A stretch of 64,000 nucleotides of DNA from the human T2T-CHM13v2.0 reference genome, Homo sapiens: the NCBI RefSeq assembly GCF_009914755.1, contig NC_060948.1; one strand, written 5' to 3'. The notes below the pieces were generated by a model that saw nothing but the letters and a program-made list of their open reading frames with translations, was not told the DNA's origin and did no database searches. Of this stretch, positions 10,717-24,964 are shown piece after piece. The first letter of the stretch is position 1. Every line of letters starts with the position of its first letter. A program made the translations under genes and the position numbers.

Positions 10717-13700
10717 GCAATGGAATCTAATGAAACGGAAAGGAAAGGAATGGAATGGAATGGAAAGGGCTGGAATGGAAAGGAATCGAAACGAATGGAA
10801 TGGAATCGAACTGAAGAGACTGGAATGGAATGCACTGGAATGGAAGGGAGTGTAATGGAAGGTTCTCGAAAAAAATGGAATCGAATGGAATGGAATTGAA
10901 TGGAACGGAATAGAGTCGAATGGAATTGAATGGAATGGAATGGACTAGAGTGAAATGGAATCGAACCACAAGGAATGGACAGGAATAGAATGGTCTCGAA
11001 TTGAATGGAATCGTATGGAATGGCATCAAACGGAATGGAATGGACAGCCACGGAATGGAATGCACTCGAATGCAATGGAGTCGAAACTAATGGACTGGAA
11101 TAGAATGGACTCGACTGGTACGGACTCCAATGGAATGGAATCGAATGGAAGGGAATCGAACGGAATGGACTCGAAGGGAAAAGACTGCAATGGAAAGGTC
11201 TCGAATGGAATGGAAATTAATGGAATGGAATGGAATCGAATGAAATGGAGTCAAAAGGAATGGAATCGAATGGCAAGAAATCGAATGTAATGGAATCGCA
11301 AGGAATTGATGTGAACGGAACGGAATGGAATGGAATCCAAAGGAATGGAATAGAATGGAATGGAATCGAATGGAAAGGACTCGAATGGAAATCACTCGAA
11401 TAGAATGCAATTTAATAAAATAGGATCAAATGTAATGGAATGGAATGGAAAGGAATCGAAACGAAAGGAATGGAGACAGATGGAATGGAATGGAACAGAG
11501 AGCAATGGTATAGAATGGAATGGAATCATCTGGAATGGAATTGAATGGAATGGAATAATATGAAATGGAATGGAATGGAATGGAATGGAATGGAATGGAA
11601 TGCCCTTGAATTAAATGGACTGGAATGGAATGGACTCGAACAGAGTGGAATGGAAAGTGTTGAGATAGAATGCAATGGACTCCTTCGGAATGGTCTAGTA
11701 TGCAATGCAATCGACTGGCAGGGAATCAAAAGGAATGTAATCGAATGGATTGGACTGGAATGCAGTGGACTCGAATAGATTGGAAACGGAATGCAAAGGA
11801 ATGGAATGGAATAGTATGGAATGGAATGGAAAGGAATGGAGTGGAATAGACTAGAGTGGAATGGAATGGACTGGAAAGCAATGGACTGGAATGGAACTTT
11901 CTTGAATGGACTGGAATCAAACGGAATGGAATGCAATGCAATCAAATGGCATGGAATAAAATAGAATGAAAGAGAATCAAATGGAATTGAATCGAATGGA
12001 ATCGAATGGATTGGAAAGGAATAGAATGGAATGGAATGGAATTGACTCAAATGGAATGGACTAGAATGGAATGGATTCGAATGGAAGGCAAAGGAATGGA
12101 ATCTATTGGAATGGACTGTAATGGAATGGAATGGAAGGGATTGGAATGGACTCGAATGGAATGGACTGCAATAGAAAGGATTCGAATGGAATGAAAAAGA
12201 ATTGAATGGAATAGAACAGAATGGAATCAAATCGAATGAAATGGAATGGAATAGAAAGGAATGGAATGAAATGGAATGGAAAGGATTCGAATGGAATGCA
12301 ATCGAATGGAATGGAATCGAACGGAATGGAATAAAATGGAAGAAAACTGGCAAGAAATGGAATCGAAATGAATGGAGTGTTATGGAACGGACTCAAAAGG
12401 AATTGAATGTAATAGAATGGAGTGGAGTGGACTCGAATATAATGGACTGGAATGGAATGAAATCACATGGAATGGGAACGAATGGAATGGAATGGAAAGG
12501 AATGGAATCGAATGGAAAGGAATCGAATGGAAGGGAATGAAATTGAATCAACAGGAATGGAAGGGAATAGAATAGACGGTAATGGAATGGACTCGAATAG
12601 AATGGACACGAATGCTCAAATTGAATGGACTCCAATGGAATGGAAACGAAAGGAATGTCATCGAATAGAATTGAATCGATTGGAATGAAATCGCAAGAAT
12701 GGAGTGGAATCAAATGGAATTGAATCGAAAGGAAAGGAAGCGAATGGACTGAAATGAAATGGAATGGAATTGAATGGAAAGTAATGCAATGGAATAGAAT
12801 GGAACGAAATTTCACGGAATGGAATCAAACTGAAAGGAATCAAATCAATGGAATCTAATCAAATGGAATGGAAGGGAATTGAATGGAGTAGATTGGATTG
12901 GATGGGATTGGAGTGAAATGTACTGGAAAGGACTCGAATTTCATGAAACGGAATGGAATGAATTGGAACGGAATGGACTCGAATGGAATGGAATGTCATG
13001 GAATGGCATCAAATGGAATGGCATCAAATGGAATGGAATCGAATGCAATGGAATGCTATGGAATGGAATGGAATGCATTGGAATGGAATGTCCTCTAATG
13101 GAATGGATTCGAGTGGAATGGAATCGAATATAATGGAGTCGAATGAAATGGAATTGAAAGGAGTGGGATCGAATACAATGGAATATGCTGGAATGTAATG
13201 TAATGAACTCGAATGTAATTGACTGGAATGGAATGTACATGGATGGAATGTAATCGAATGGAAAGTAATCCAATGGAATAGAATCTAATGCAATAAAATC
13301 GACTCAAATAGAGTAGAATGTAATGGAATGGAGTGCAGCACAATGGAATGGAATGGAATGCAATGGAATGGAATGGAATGGAATGGAATGGAATGGAATG
13401 GGATGGAATGGGATGGAATGGTATGGAATGGATAGTAATGGACTGGAGTGAAATGGACTGGAAAGGAATGGACTCAAATTGAAAGGGCTCGAAAGGAATG
13501 GAGTCAAATGGAATGGTCTGGAATGGAATGAACACGAATGTAATGCAATCCAATAGAATGGAATCGAATGGCATGGAATATAAAGAAATGGAATCGAAGA
13601 GAATGGAAACAAATGGAATGGAATTGAATGGAATGGAATTGAATGGAATGCGAACGAATGGAGTGAAATTGTATGCAGTAGAAGGGAATAGAATGGAATG

Positions 13701-14289
13701 CAAGCGAAAGGAAAGGAATGGATTGGAATGGAATGGAATTCATTGGAATGGAAGGGAATGTAGTGTAGTGGACAGGCCTGGAATAAAGTGGAATGCTACG
13801 GTCTCGAATGGAATAAAAATGTATGGAATGGAATGCAATGAAACGGAATCGAATGTCATAGAATGTAATGGAATGCAAAAAAATGGAATCCAAAATCATT
13901 GACTGGAAAGGCTGGGTGTCGAAAGGAATTGACTCCAATGGAATGGAATCGAATGGAATGGAAGTGAATAGAATCGAACTAAATCGAATGGAATGGAATT
14001 GATAGGAACGGAATGGAAAGGAATGCAATGAATTGGCATGGAATGGAATCGAATGGCATCGAATGGAATGGAATGGAATGCAATGGAATGGAATGTATTA
14101 GAATGTAATGAACTTTAATGGAATGTACTCGAATGGATTCGACTGGAATGGAATGTTCTTGAAGTGAATGGACTCCAATGGAATGGATTCCAAAGGAATG
14201 GAATCGTACGGAATGGAATCTAATGGAATGGAATTAAATGGAAATGAATCAAATTGAATAGCACGGAATTGAATTGAATGGAATGGAAT
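10717..14289 (+). repeat. DYZ1 unit 4 (3573 bp; 1-bp-deletion haplotype)
   Basis: GCAAGAAT at ~12693; near copy of unit 2. Confidence 0.9.
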
Positions 14290-17200
14290 GCAATGGAATC
14301 TAATGAAACGGAAAGGAAAGGAATGGAATGGAATGGAATGGGCTGGAATGGAAAGGAATCGAAACGAATGGAATGGAATCGAACTGAAGAGACTGGAATG
14401 GAATGCACTGGAATGGAAGAGAGTGTAATGGAAGGTTCTCGAAAAAAATGGAATCGAATGGAATGGAATTGAATGGAACGGAATAGAGTCGAATGGAATT
14501 GAATGGAATGGAATGGACTAGAGTGAAATGGAATCGAACCACAAGGAATGGACAGGAATAGAATGGTCTCGAATTGAATGGAATCGTATGGAATGGCATC
14601 AAACGGAATGGAATGGACAGCCACGGAATGGAATGCACTCGAATGCAATGGAGTCGAAACTAATGGACTGGAATAGAATGGACTCGACTGGTACGGACTC
14701 CAATGGAATGGAATCGAATGGAAGGGAACCGAACGGAATGGACTCGAAGGGAAAAGACTGCAATGGAAAGGTCTCGAATGGAATGGAAATTAATGGAATG
14801 GAATGGAATCGAATGAAATGGAGTCAAAAGGAATGGAATCGAATGGCAAGAAATCGAATGTAATGGAATCACAAGGAATTGATGTGAACGGAACGGAATG
14901 GAATGGAATCCAAAGGAATGGAATAGAATGGAATGGAATCGAATGGAAAGGACTCGAATGGAAATCACTCGAATAGAATGCAATTTAATAAAATAGGATC
15001 AAATGTAATGGAATGGAATGGAAAGGAATCGAAACGAAAGGAATGGAGACAGATGGAATGGAATGGAACAGAGAGCAATGGTATAGAATGGAATGGAATC
15101 ATCTGGAATGGAATTGAATGGAATGGAATAATATGAAATGGAATGGAATGGAATGGAATGGAATGCCCTTGAATTAAATGGACTGGAATGGAATGGACTC
15201 GAACAGAGTGGAATGGAAAGTGTTGAGATAGAATGGAATGGACTCCTTTGGAATGGTGTAGTATGCAATGCAATCGACTGGCAGGGAATCAAAAGGAATG
15301 TAATGGAATGGATTGGACTGGAATGCAATGGACTCGAATAGATTGGAAACGGAATGCAAAGGAATGGAATGGAATAGTATGGAATGGAATGGAAAGGAAT
15401 GGAGTGGAATAGACTAGAGTGGAATGGAATGGACTGGAAAGCAATGGACTGGAATGGAACTTTCTTGAATGGACTGGAATCAAACGGAATGGAATGCAAT
15501 GCAATCAAATGGCATGGAATAAAATAGAATGAAAGAGAATCAAATGGAATTGAATCGAATGGAATCGAATGGATTGGAAAGGAATAGAATGGAATGGAAT
15601 GGAATGGACTAGAATGGAATGGATTCGAATGGAAGGCAAAGGAATGGAATCTATTGGAATGGACTGTAATGGAATGGAATGGAAGGGATTGGAATGGACT
15701 CGAATGGAATGGACTGCAATAGAAAGGATTCGAATGGAATGAAAAAGAATTGAATGGAATAGAACAGAATGGAATCAAATCGAATGAAATGGAATGGAAT
15801 AGAAAGGAATGGAATGAAATGGAATGGAAAGGATTCGAATGGAATGCAATCGAATGGAATGGAATCGAACGGAATGGAATAAAATGGAAGAAAACTGGCA
15901 AGAAATGGAATCGAAATGAATGGAGTGTTATGGAACGGACTCAAAAGGAATTGAATGTAATAGAATGGAGTGGAGTGGACTCGAATATAATGGACTGGAA
16001 TGGAATGAAATCACAAGGAATGGGAACGAATGGAATGGAATGGAAAGGAATGGAATCGAATGGAAAGGAATCGAATGGAAGGGAATGAAATTGAATCAAC
16101 AGGAATGGAAGGGAATAGAATAGACGGTAATGGAATGGACTCGAATAGAATGGACACGAATGCTCAAATTGAATGGACTCGAATGGAATGGAAACGAAAG
16201 GAATGTCATCGAATGGAATTGAATGGATTGGAATGAAATCGCATAGAATGGAGTGGAATCAAATGGAATTGAATCGAAAGGAAAGGAAGCGAATGGACTG
16301 AAATGAAATGGAATGGAATTGAATGGAAAGTAATGCAATGGAATAGAATGGAACGAAATTTCACGGAATGGAATCAAACTGAATGGAATCAAATCAATGG
16401 AATCAAATCAAATGGAATGGAAAGGAATTGAATGGAGTAGATTGGATTGGATGGGATTGGAATGAAATGTACTGGAAAGGACTCGAATTTCATGAAACGG
16501 AATGGAATGAATTGGAACGGAATGGACTCGAATGGAATGGAATGTCATGGAATGGCATCAAATGGAATGGCATCAAATGGAATGGAATCGAATGCAATGG
16601 AATGCTATGGAATGGAATGGAATGCATTGGAATGGAATGTCCTCTAATGGAATGGATTCGAGTGGAATGGAATCGAATATAATGGAGTCGAATGAAAAGG
16701 AATTGAAAGGAATGGGATCGAATACAATGGAATATACTGGAATGTAATGTAATGAACTCGAATGTAATTGACTGGAATGGAATGTACATGAATGGAATGT
16801 AATCGAATGGAAAGTAATCCAATGGAATTGAATCTAATGCAATAAAATCGACTCAGATAGAGTAGAATGTAATGGAATGGAGTGCAGTGCAATGGAATGG
16901 AATGGAATGGAATGCAATGGAATGGAATGGAATGGAATGGAATGGAATGGGATGGAATGGGATGGAATGGTATGGAATGGATAGTAATGGACTGGAGTGA
17001 AATGGACTGGAAAGGAATGGACTCAAATTGAAAGGGCTCGAAAGGAATGGAGTCAAATGGAATGGTCTGGAATGGAATGAACACGAATGTAATGCAATCC
17101 AATAGAATGGAATCGAATGGCATGGAATATAAAGAAATGGAATCGAAGAGAATGGAAACAAATGGAATGGAATTGAATGGAATGGAATTGAATGGAATGG

Positions 17201-17838
17201 GAACGAATGGAGTGAAATTGTATGCAGTAGAAGGGAATAGAATGGAATGCAAGCGAAAGGAAAGGAATGGATTGGAATGGAATGGAATTCATTGGAATGG
17301 AAGGGAATGTAGTGTAATGGACAGGCCAGGAATAAAGTGGAATGCTACGGTCTCGAATGGAATAAAAATATATGGAATGGAATGCAATGAAACGGAATCG
17401 AATGTCATAGAATGTAATGGAATGCAAAAAAATGGAATCCAAAATCATTGACTGGAAAGGCTGGGTGTCGAAAGGAATTGACTCCAATGGAATGGAATCG
17501 AATGGAATGGAAGTGAATAGAATCGAACTAAATCGAATGGAATGGAATTGATAGGAACGGAATGGAAAGGAATGCAATGATTTGGCACGGAATGGAATCG
17601 AATGGCATCGAATGGAATGGAATGGAATGCAATGGAATGGAATGCATTAGAATGTAATGAACTTTAATGGAATGTACTCGAATGGATTCGACTGGAATGG
17701 AATGTTCTGGAAGTGAATGGACTCCAATGGAATGGATTCAAAAGGAATGGAATCGTACGGAATGGAATCTAATGGAATGGAATTAAATGGAAATGAATCA
17801 AATTGAATAGCACGGAATTGAATTGAATGGAATGGAAT
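14290..17838 (+). repeat. DYZ1 unit 5 (3549 bp; 15-bp deletion, StuI site lost)
   Basis: Lacks TGACTCAAATGGAAT at ~15605; has AGGCCA at 17323-17328 instead of AGGCCT. Confidence 0.9.
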
Positions 17839-20800
17839 GCAATGGAATCTAATGAAACGGAAAGGAAAGGAATGGAATGGAATGGAAAGGGCTGGAATGG
17901 AAAGGAATCGAAACGAATGGAATGGAATCGAACTGAAGAGACTGGAATGGAATGCACTGGAATGGAAGGGAGTGTAATGGAAGGTTCTCGAAAAAAATGG
18001 AATCGAATGGAATGGAATTGAATGGAACGGAATAGAGTCGAATGGAATTGAATGGAATGGAATGGACTAGAGTGAAATGGAATCGAACCACAAGGAATGG
18101 ACAGGAATAGAATGGTCTCGAATTGAATGGAATCGTATGGAATGGCATCAAACGGAATGGAATGGACAGCCACGGAATGGAATGCACTCGAATGCAATGG
18201 AGTCGAAACTAATGGACTGGAATAGAATGGACTCGACTGGTACGGACTCCAATGGAATGGAATCGAATGGAAGGGAATCGAACGGAATGGACTCGAAGGG
18301 AAAAGACTGCAATGGAAAGGTCTCGAATGGAATGGAAATTAATGGAATGGAATGGAATCGAATGAAATGGAGTCAAAAGGAATGGAATCGAATGGCAAGA
18401 AATCGAATGTAATGGAATCGCAAGGAATTGATGTGAATGGAGCGGAATGGAATGGAATCCAAAGGAATGGAATCGAATGGAAAGGACTCGAATGGAAATC
18501 ACTCGAATAGAATGCAATTTAATAAAATAGGATCAAATGTAATGGAATGGAATGGAAAGGAATCGAAACGAAAGGAATGGAGACAGATGGAATGGAATGG
18601 AACAGAGAGCAATGGTATAGAATGGAATGGAATCATCTGGAATGGAATTGAATGGAATGGAATAATACGAAATGGAATGGAATGGAATGGAATGGAATGC
18701 CCTTGAATTAAATGGACTGGAATGGAATGGACTCGAACAGAGTGGAATGGAAAGTGTTGAGATAGAATGGAATGGACTCCTTTGGAATGGTGTAGTATGC
18801 AATGCATTCGACTGGCAGGGAATCAAAAGGAATGTAATGGAATGGATTGGACTGGAATGCAATGGACTCGAATAGATTGGAAACGGAATGCAAAGGAATG
18901 GAATGGAATAGTATGGAATGGAATGGAAAGGAATGGAGTGGAATAGACTAGAGTGGAATGGAATGGACTGGAAAGCAATGGACTGGAATGGAACTTTCTT
19001 GAATGGACTGGAATCAAACGGAATGGAATGCAATGCAATCAAATGGCATGGAATAAAATAGAATGAAAGAGAATCAAATGGAATTGAATCGAATGGAATC
19101 GAATGGATTGGAAAGGAATAGAATGGAATGGAATGGAATTGACTCGAATGGAATGGACTAGAATGGAATGGATTCGAATGGAAGGCAAAGGAATGGAATC
19201 TATTGGAATGGACTGTAATGGAATGGAATGGAAAGGATTGGAATGGACTCGAATGGAATGGACTGCAATAGAAAGGATTCGAATGGAATGAAAAAGAATT
19301 GAATGGAATAGAACAGAATGGAATCAAATCGAATGAAATGGAATGGAATAGAAAGGAATGGAATGAAATGGAATGGAAAGGATTCGAATGGAATGCAATC
19401 GAATGGAATGGAATCGAACGGAATGGAATAAAATGGAAGAAAACTGGCAAGAAATGGAATCGAAATGAATGGAGTGTTATGGAACGGACTCAAAAGGAAT
19501 TGAATGTAATAGAATGGAGTGGAGTGGACTCGAATATAATGGAATGGAATGGAATGAAATCACAAGGAATGGGAACGAATGGAATGGAATGGAAAGGAAT
19601 GGAATCGAATGGAAAGGAATCGAATGGAAGGGAATGAAATTGAATCAACAGGAATGGAAGGGAATAGAATAGACGGTAATGGAATGGACTCGAATAGAAT
19701 GGACACGAATGCTCAAATTGAATGGACTCGAATGGAATGGAAACGAAAGGAATGTCATCGAATGGAATTGAATGGATTGGAATGAAATCGCATAGAATGG
19801 AGTGGAATCAAATGGAATTGAATCGAAAGGAAAGGAAGCGAATGGACTGAAATGAAATGGAATGGAATTGAATGGAAAGTAATGCAATGGAATAGAATGG
19901 AACGAAATTTCACGGAATGGAATCAAACTGAATGGAATCAAATCAATGGAATCAAATCAAATGGAATGGAAAGGAATTGAATGGAGTAGATTGGATTGGA
20001 TGGGATTGGAATGAAATGTACTGGAAAGGACTCGAATTTCATGAAACGGAATGGAATGAATTGGAACGGAATGGACTCGAATGGAATGGAATGTCATGGA
20101 ATGGCATCAAATGGAATGGCATCAAATGGAATGGAATCGAATGCAATGGAATGCTATGGAATGGAATGGAATGCATTGGAATGGAATGTCCTCTAATGGA
20201 ATGGATTCGAGTGGAATGGAATCGAATATAATGGAGTCGAATGAAATGGAATTGAAAGGAGTGGGATCGAATACAATGGAATATACTGGAATGTAATGTA
20301 ATGAACTCGAATGTAATTGACTGGAATGGAATGTACATGAATGGAATGTAATCGAATGGAAAGTAATCCAATGGAATAGAATCTAATGCAATAAAACCGA
20401 CTCAGATAGAGTAGAATGTAATGGAATGGAGTGCAGTGCAATGGAATGGAATGGAATGGAAGGCAATGGAATGGAATGGAATGGAATGGAATGGAATGGA
20501 ATGGAATGGGATGGAATGGGATGGAATGGATAGTAATGGACTGGAGTGAAATGGACTGGAAAGGAAAGGACTCAAATTGAAAGGGCTCGAAAGGAATGGA
20601 GTCAAATGGAATGGTCTGGAATGGAATGAACACGAATGTAATGCAATCCAATAGAATGGAATCGAATGGCATGGAATATAAAGAAATGGAATCGAAGAGA
20701 ATGGAAACAAATGGAATGGAATTGAATGGAATGGAATTGAATGGAATGGGAACGAATGGAGTGAAATTGTATGCAGTAGAAGGGAATAGAATGGAATGCA

Positions 20801-21387
20801 AGCGAAAGGAAAGGAATGGATTGGAATGGAATGGAATTCATTGGAATGGAAGGGAATGTAGTGTAATGGACAGGCCTGGAATAAAGTGGAATGCTACGGT
20901 CTCGAATGGAATAAAAATGTATGGAATGGAATGCAATGAAACGGAATCGAATGTCATAGAATGTAATGGAATGCAACAAAATGGAATCCAAAATCATTGA
21001 CTGGAAAGGCTGGGTGTCGAAAGGAATTGACTCCAATGGAATGGAATCGAATGGAATGGAAGTGAATAGAATCGAACTAAATCGAATGGAATGGAATTGA
21101 TAGGAACGGAATGGAAAGGAATGCAATGATTTGGCATGGAATGGAATCGAATGGCATCGAATGGAATGGAATGGAATGCAATGGAATGGAATGTATTAGA
21201 ATGTAATGAACTTTAATGGAATGTACTCGAATGGATTCGACTGGAATGGAATGTTCTGGAAGTGAATGGACTCCAATGGAATGGATTCAAAAGGAATGGA
21301 ATCGTACGGAATGGAATCTAATGGAATGGAATTAAATGGAAATGAATCAAATTGAATAGCACGGAATTGAATTGAATGGAATGGAAT
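17839..21387 (+). repeat. DYZ1 unit 6 (3549 bp; private 15-bp deletion)
   Basis: CCAAAGGAATGGAATCGAAT at ~18460-18480 lacks three pentamers. Confidence 0.9.
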
Positions 21388-24300
21388 GCAATGGAATCTA
21401 ATGAAACGGAAAGGAAAGGAATGGAATGGAATGGAAAGGGCTGGAATGGAAAGGAATCGAAACGAATGGAATGGAATCGAACTGAAGAGACTGGAATGGA
21501 ATGCACTGGAATGGAAGGGAGTGTAATGGAAGGTTCTCGAAAAAAATGGAATCGAATGGAATGGAATTGAATGGAACGGAATAGAGTCGAATGGAATTGA
21601 ATGGAATGGAATGGACTAGAGTGAAATGGAATCGAACCACAAGGAATGGACAGGAATAGAATGGTCTCGAATTGAATGGAATCGTATGGAATGGCATCAA
21701 ACGGAATGGAATGGACAGCCACGGAATGGAATGCACTCGAATGCAATGGAGTCGAAACGTCGAAACTAATGGACTGGAATAGAATGGACTCGACTGGTAC
21801 GGACTCCAATGGAATGGAATCGAATGGAAGGGAATCGAACGGAATGGACTCGAAGGGAAAAGACTGCAATGGAAAGGTCTCGAATGGAATGGAAATTAAT
21901 GGAATGGAATGGAATCGAATGAAATGGAGTCAAAAGGAATGGAATCGAATGGCAAGAAATCGAATGTAATGGAATCGCAAGGAATTGATGTGAACGGAAC
22001 GGAATGGAATGGAATCCAAAGGAATGGAATAGAATGGAATGGAATCGAATGGAAAGGACTCGAATGGCAATCACTCGAATAGAATGCAATTTAATAAAAT
22101 AGGATCAAATGTAATGGAATGGAATGGAAAGGAATCGAAACGAAAGGAATGGAGACAGATGGAATGGAATGGAACAGAGAGCAATGGTATAGAATGGAAT
22201 GGAATCATCTGGAATGGAATTGAATGGAATGGAATAATATGAAATGGAATGGAATGGAATGGAATGGAATGCCCTTGAATTAAATGGACTGGAATGGAAT
22301 GGACTCGAACAGAGTGGAATGGAAAGTGTTGAGATAGAATGGAATGGACTCCTTTGGAATGGTGTAGTATGCAATGCAATCGACTGGCAGGGAATCAAAA
22401 GAAATGTAATGGAATGGATTGGACTGGAATGCAATGGACTCGAATAGATTGGAAACGGAATGCAAAGGAATGGAATGGAATAGTATGGAATGGAATGGAA
22501 AGGAATGGAGTGGAATAGACTAGAGTGGAATGGAATGGACTGGAAAGCAATGGACTGGAATGGAACTTTCTTGAATGGACTGGAATCAAACGGAATGGAA
22601 TGCAATGCAATCAAATGGCATGGAATAAAATAGAATGAAAGAGAATCAAATGGAATTGAATCGAATGGAATCGAATGGATTGGAAAGGAATAGAATGGAA
22701 TGGAATGGAATTGACTCGAATGGAATGGACTAGAATGGAATGGATTCGAATGGAAGGCAAAGGAATGGAATCTATTGGAATGGACTGTAATGGAATGGAA
22801 TGGAAAGGATTGGAATGGACTCGAATGGAATGGACTGCAATAGAAAGGATTCGAATGGAATGAAAAAGAATTGAATGGAATAGAACAGAATGGAATCAAA
22901 TCGAATGAAATGAAATGGAATAGAAAGGAATGGAATGAAATGGAATGGAAAGGATTCGAATGGAATGCAATCGAATGGAATGGAATCGAACGGAATGGAA
23001 TAAAATGGAAGAAAACTGGCAAGAAATGGAATCGAAATGAATGGAGTGTTATGGAACGGACTCAAAAGGAATTGAATGTAATAGAATGGAGTGGAGTGGA
23101 CTCGAATATAATGGAATGGAATGGAATGAAATCACAAGGAATGGGAACGAATGGAATGGAATGGAAAGGAATGGAATCGAATGGAAAGGAATCGAATGGA
23201 AGGGAATGAAATTGAATCAACAGGAATGGAAGGGAATAGAATAGACGGTAATGGAATGGACTCGAATAGAATGGACACGAATGCTCAAATTGAATGGACT
23301 CGAATGGAATGGAAACGAAAGGAATGTCATCGAATGGAATTGAATGGATTGGAATGAAATCGCATAGAATGGAGTGGAATCAAATGGAATTGAATCGAAA
23401 GGAAAGGAAGCGAATGGACTGAAATGAAATGGAATGGAATTGAATGGAAAGTAATGCAATGGAATAGAATGGAACGAAATTTCACGGAATGGAATCAAAC
23501 TGAATGGAATCAAATCAATGGAATCAAATCAAATGGAATGGAAAGGAATTGAATGGAGTAGATTGGATTGGATGGGATTGGAATGAAATGTACTGGAAAG
23601 GACTCGAATTTCATGAAACGGAATGGAATGAATTGGAACGGAATGGACTCGAATGGAATGGAATGTCATGGAATGGCATCAAATGGAATGGCATCAAATG
23701 GAATGGAATCGAATGCAATGGAATGCTATGGAATGGAATGGAATGCATTGGAATGGAATGTCCTCTAATGGAATGGATTCGAGTGGAATGGAATCGAATA
23801 TAATGGAGTCGAATGAAATGGAATTGAAAGGAGTGGGATCGAATACAATGGAATATACTGGAATGTAATGTAATGAACTCGAATGTAATTGACTGGAATG
23901 GAATGTACATGAATGGAATGTAATCGAATGGAAAGTAATCCAATGGAATAGAATCTAATGCAATAAAACCGACTCAGATAGAGTAGAATGTAATGGAATG
24001 GAGTGCAGTGCAATGGAATGGAATGGAATGGAAGGCAATGGAATGGAATGGAATGGAATGGAATGGAATGGAATGGAATGGAATGGGATGGAATGGGATG
24101 GAATGGATAGTAATGGACTGGAGTGAAATGGACTGGAAAGGAATGGACTCAAATTGAAAGGGCTCGAAAGGAATGGAGTCAAATGGAATGGTCTGGAATG
24201 GAATGAACACGAATGTAATGCAATCCAATAGAATGGAATCGAATGGCATGGAATATAAAGAAATGGAATAGAAGAGAATGGAAACAAATGGAATGGAATT

Positions 24301-24964
24301 GAATGGAATGGAATTGAATGGAGTGGGAACGAATGGAGTGAAATTGTATGCAGTAGAAGGGAATAGAATGGAATGCAAGCGAAAGGAAAGGAATGGATTG
24401 GAATGGAATGGAATTCATTGGAATGGAAGGGAATGTAGTGTAATGGACAGGCCTGGAATAAAGTGGAATGCTACGGTCTCGAATGGAATAAAAATGTATG
24501 GAATGGAATGCAAAGAAACGGAATCGAATGTCATAGAATGTAATGGAATGCAACAAAATGGAATCCAAAATCATTGACTGGAAAGGCTGGGTGTCGAAAG
24601 GAATTGACTCCAATGGAATGGAATCGAATGGAATGGAAGTGAATAGAATCGAACTAAATCGAATGGAATGGAATTGATAGGAACGGAATGGAAAGGAATG
24701 CAATGATTTGGCATGGAATGGAATCGAATGGCATCGAATGGAATGGAATGGAATGCAATGGAATGGAATGTATTAGAATGTAATGAACTTTAATGGAATG
24801 TACTCGAATGGATTCGACTGGAATGGAATGTTCTGGAAGTGAATGGACTCCAATGGAATGGATTCAAAAGGAATGGAATCGTACGGAATGGAATCTAATG
24901 GAATGGAATTAAATGGAAATGAATCAAATTGAATAGCACGGAATTGAATTGAATGGAATGGAAT
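21388..24964 (+). repeat. DYZ1 unit 7 (3577 bp; 8-bp duplication)
   Basis: GTCGAAAC GTCGAAAC at 21751-21766. Confidence 0.9.
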
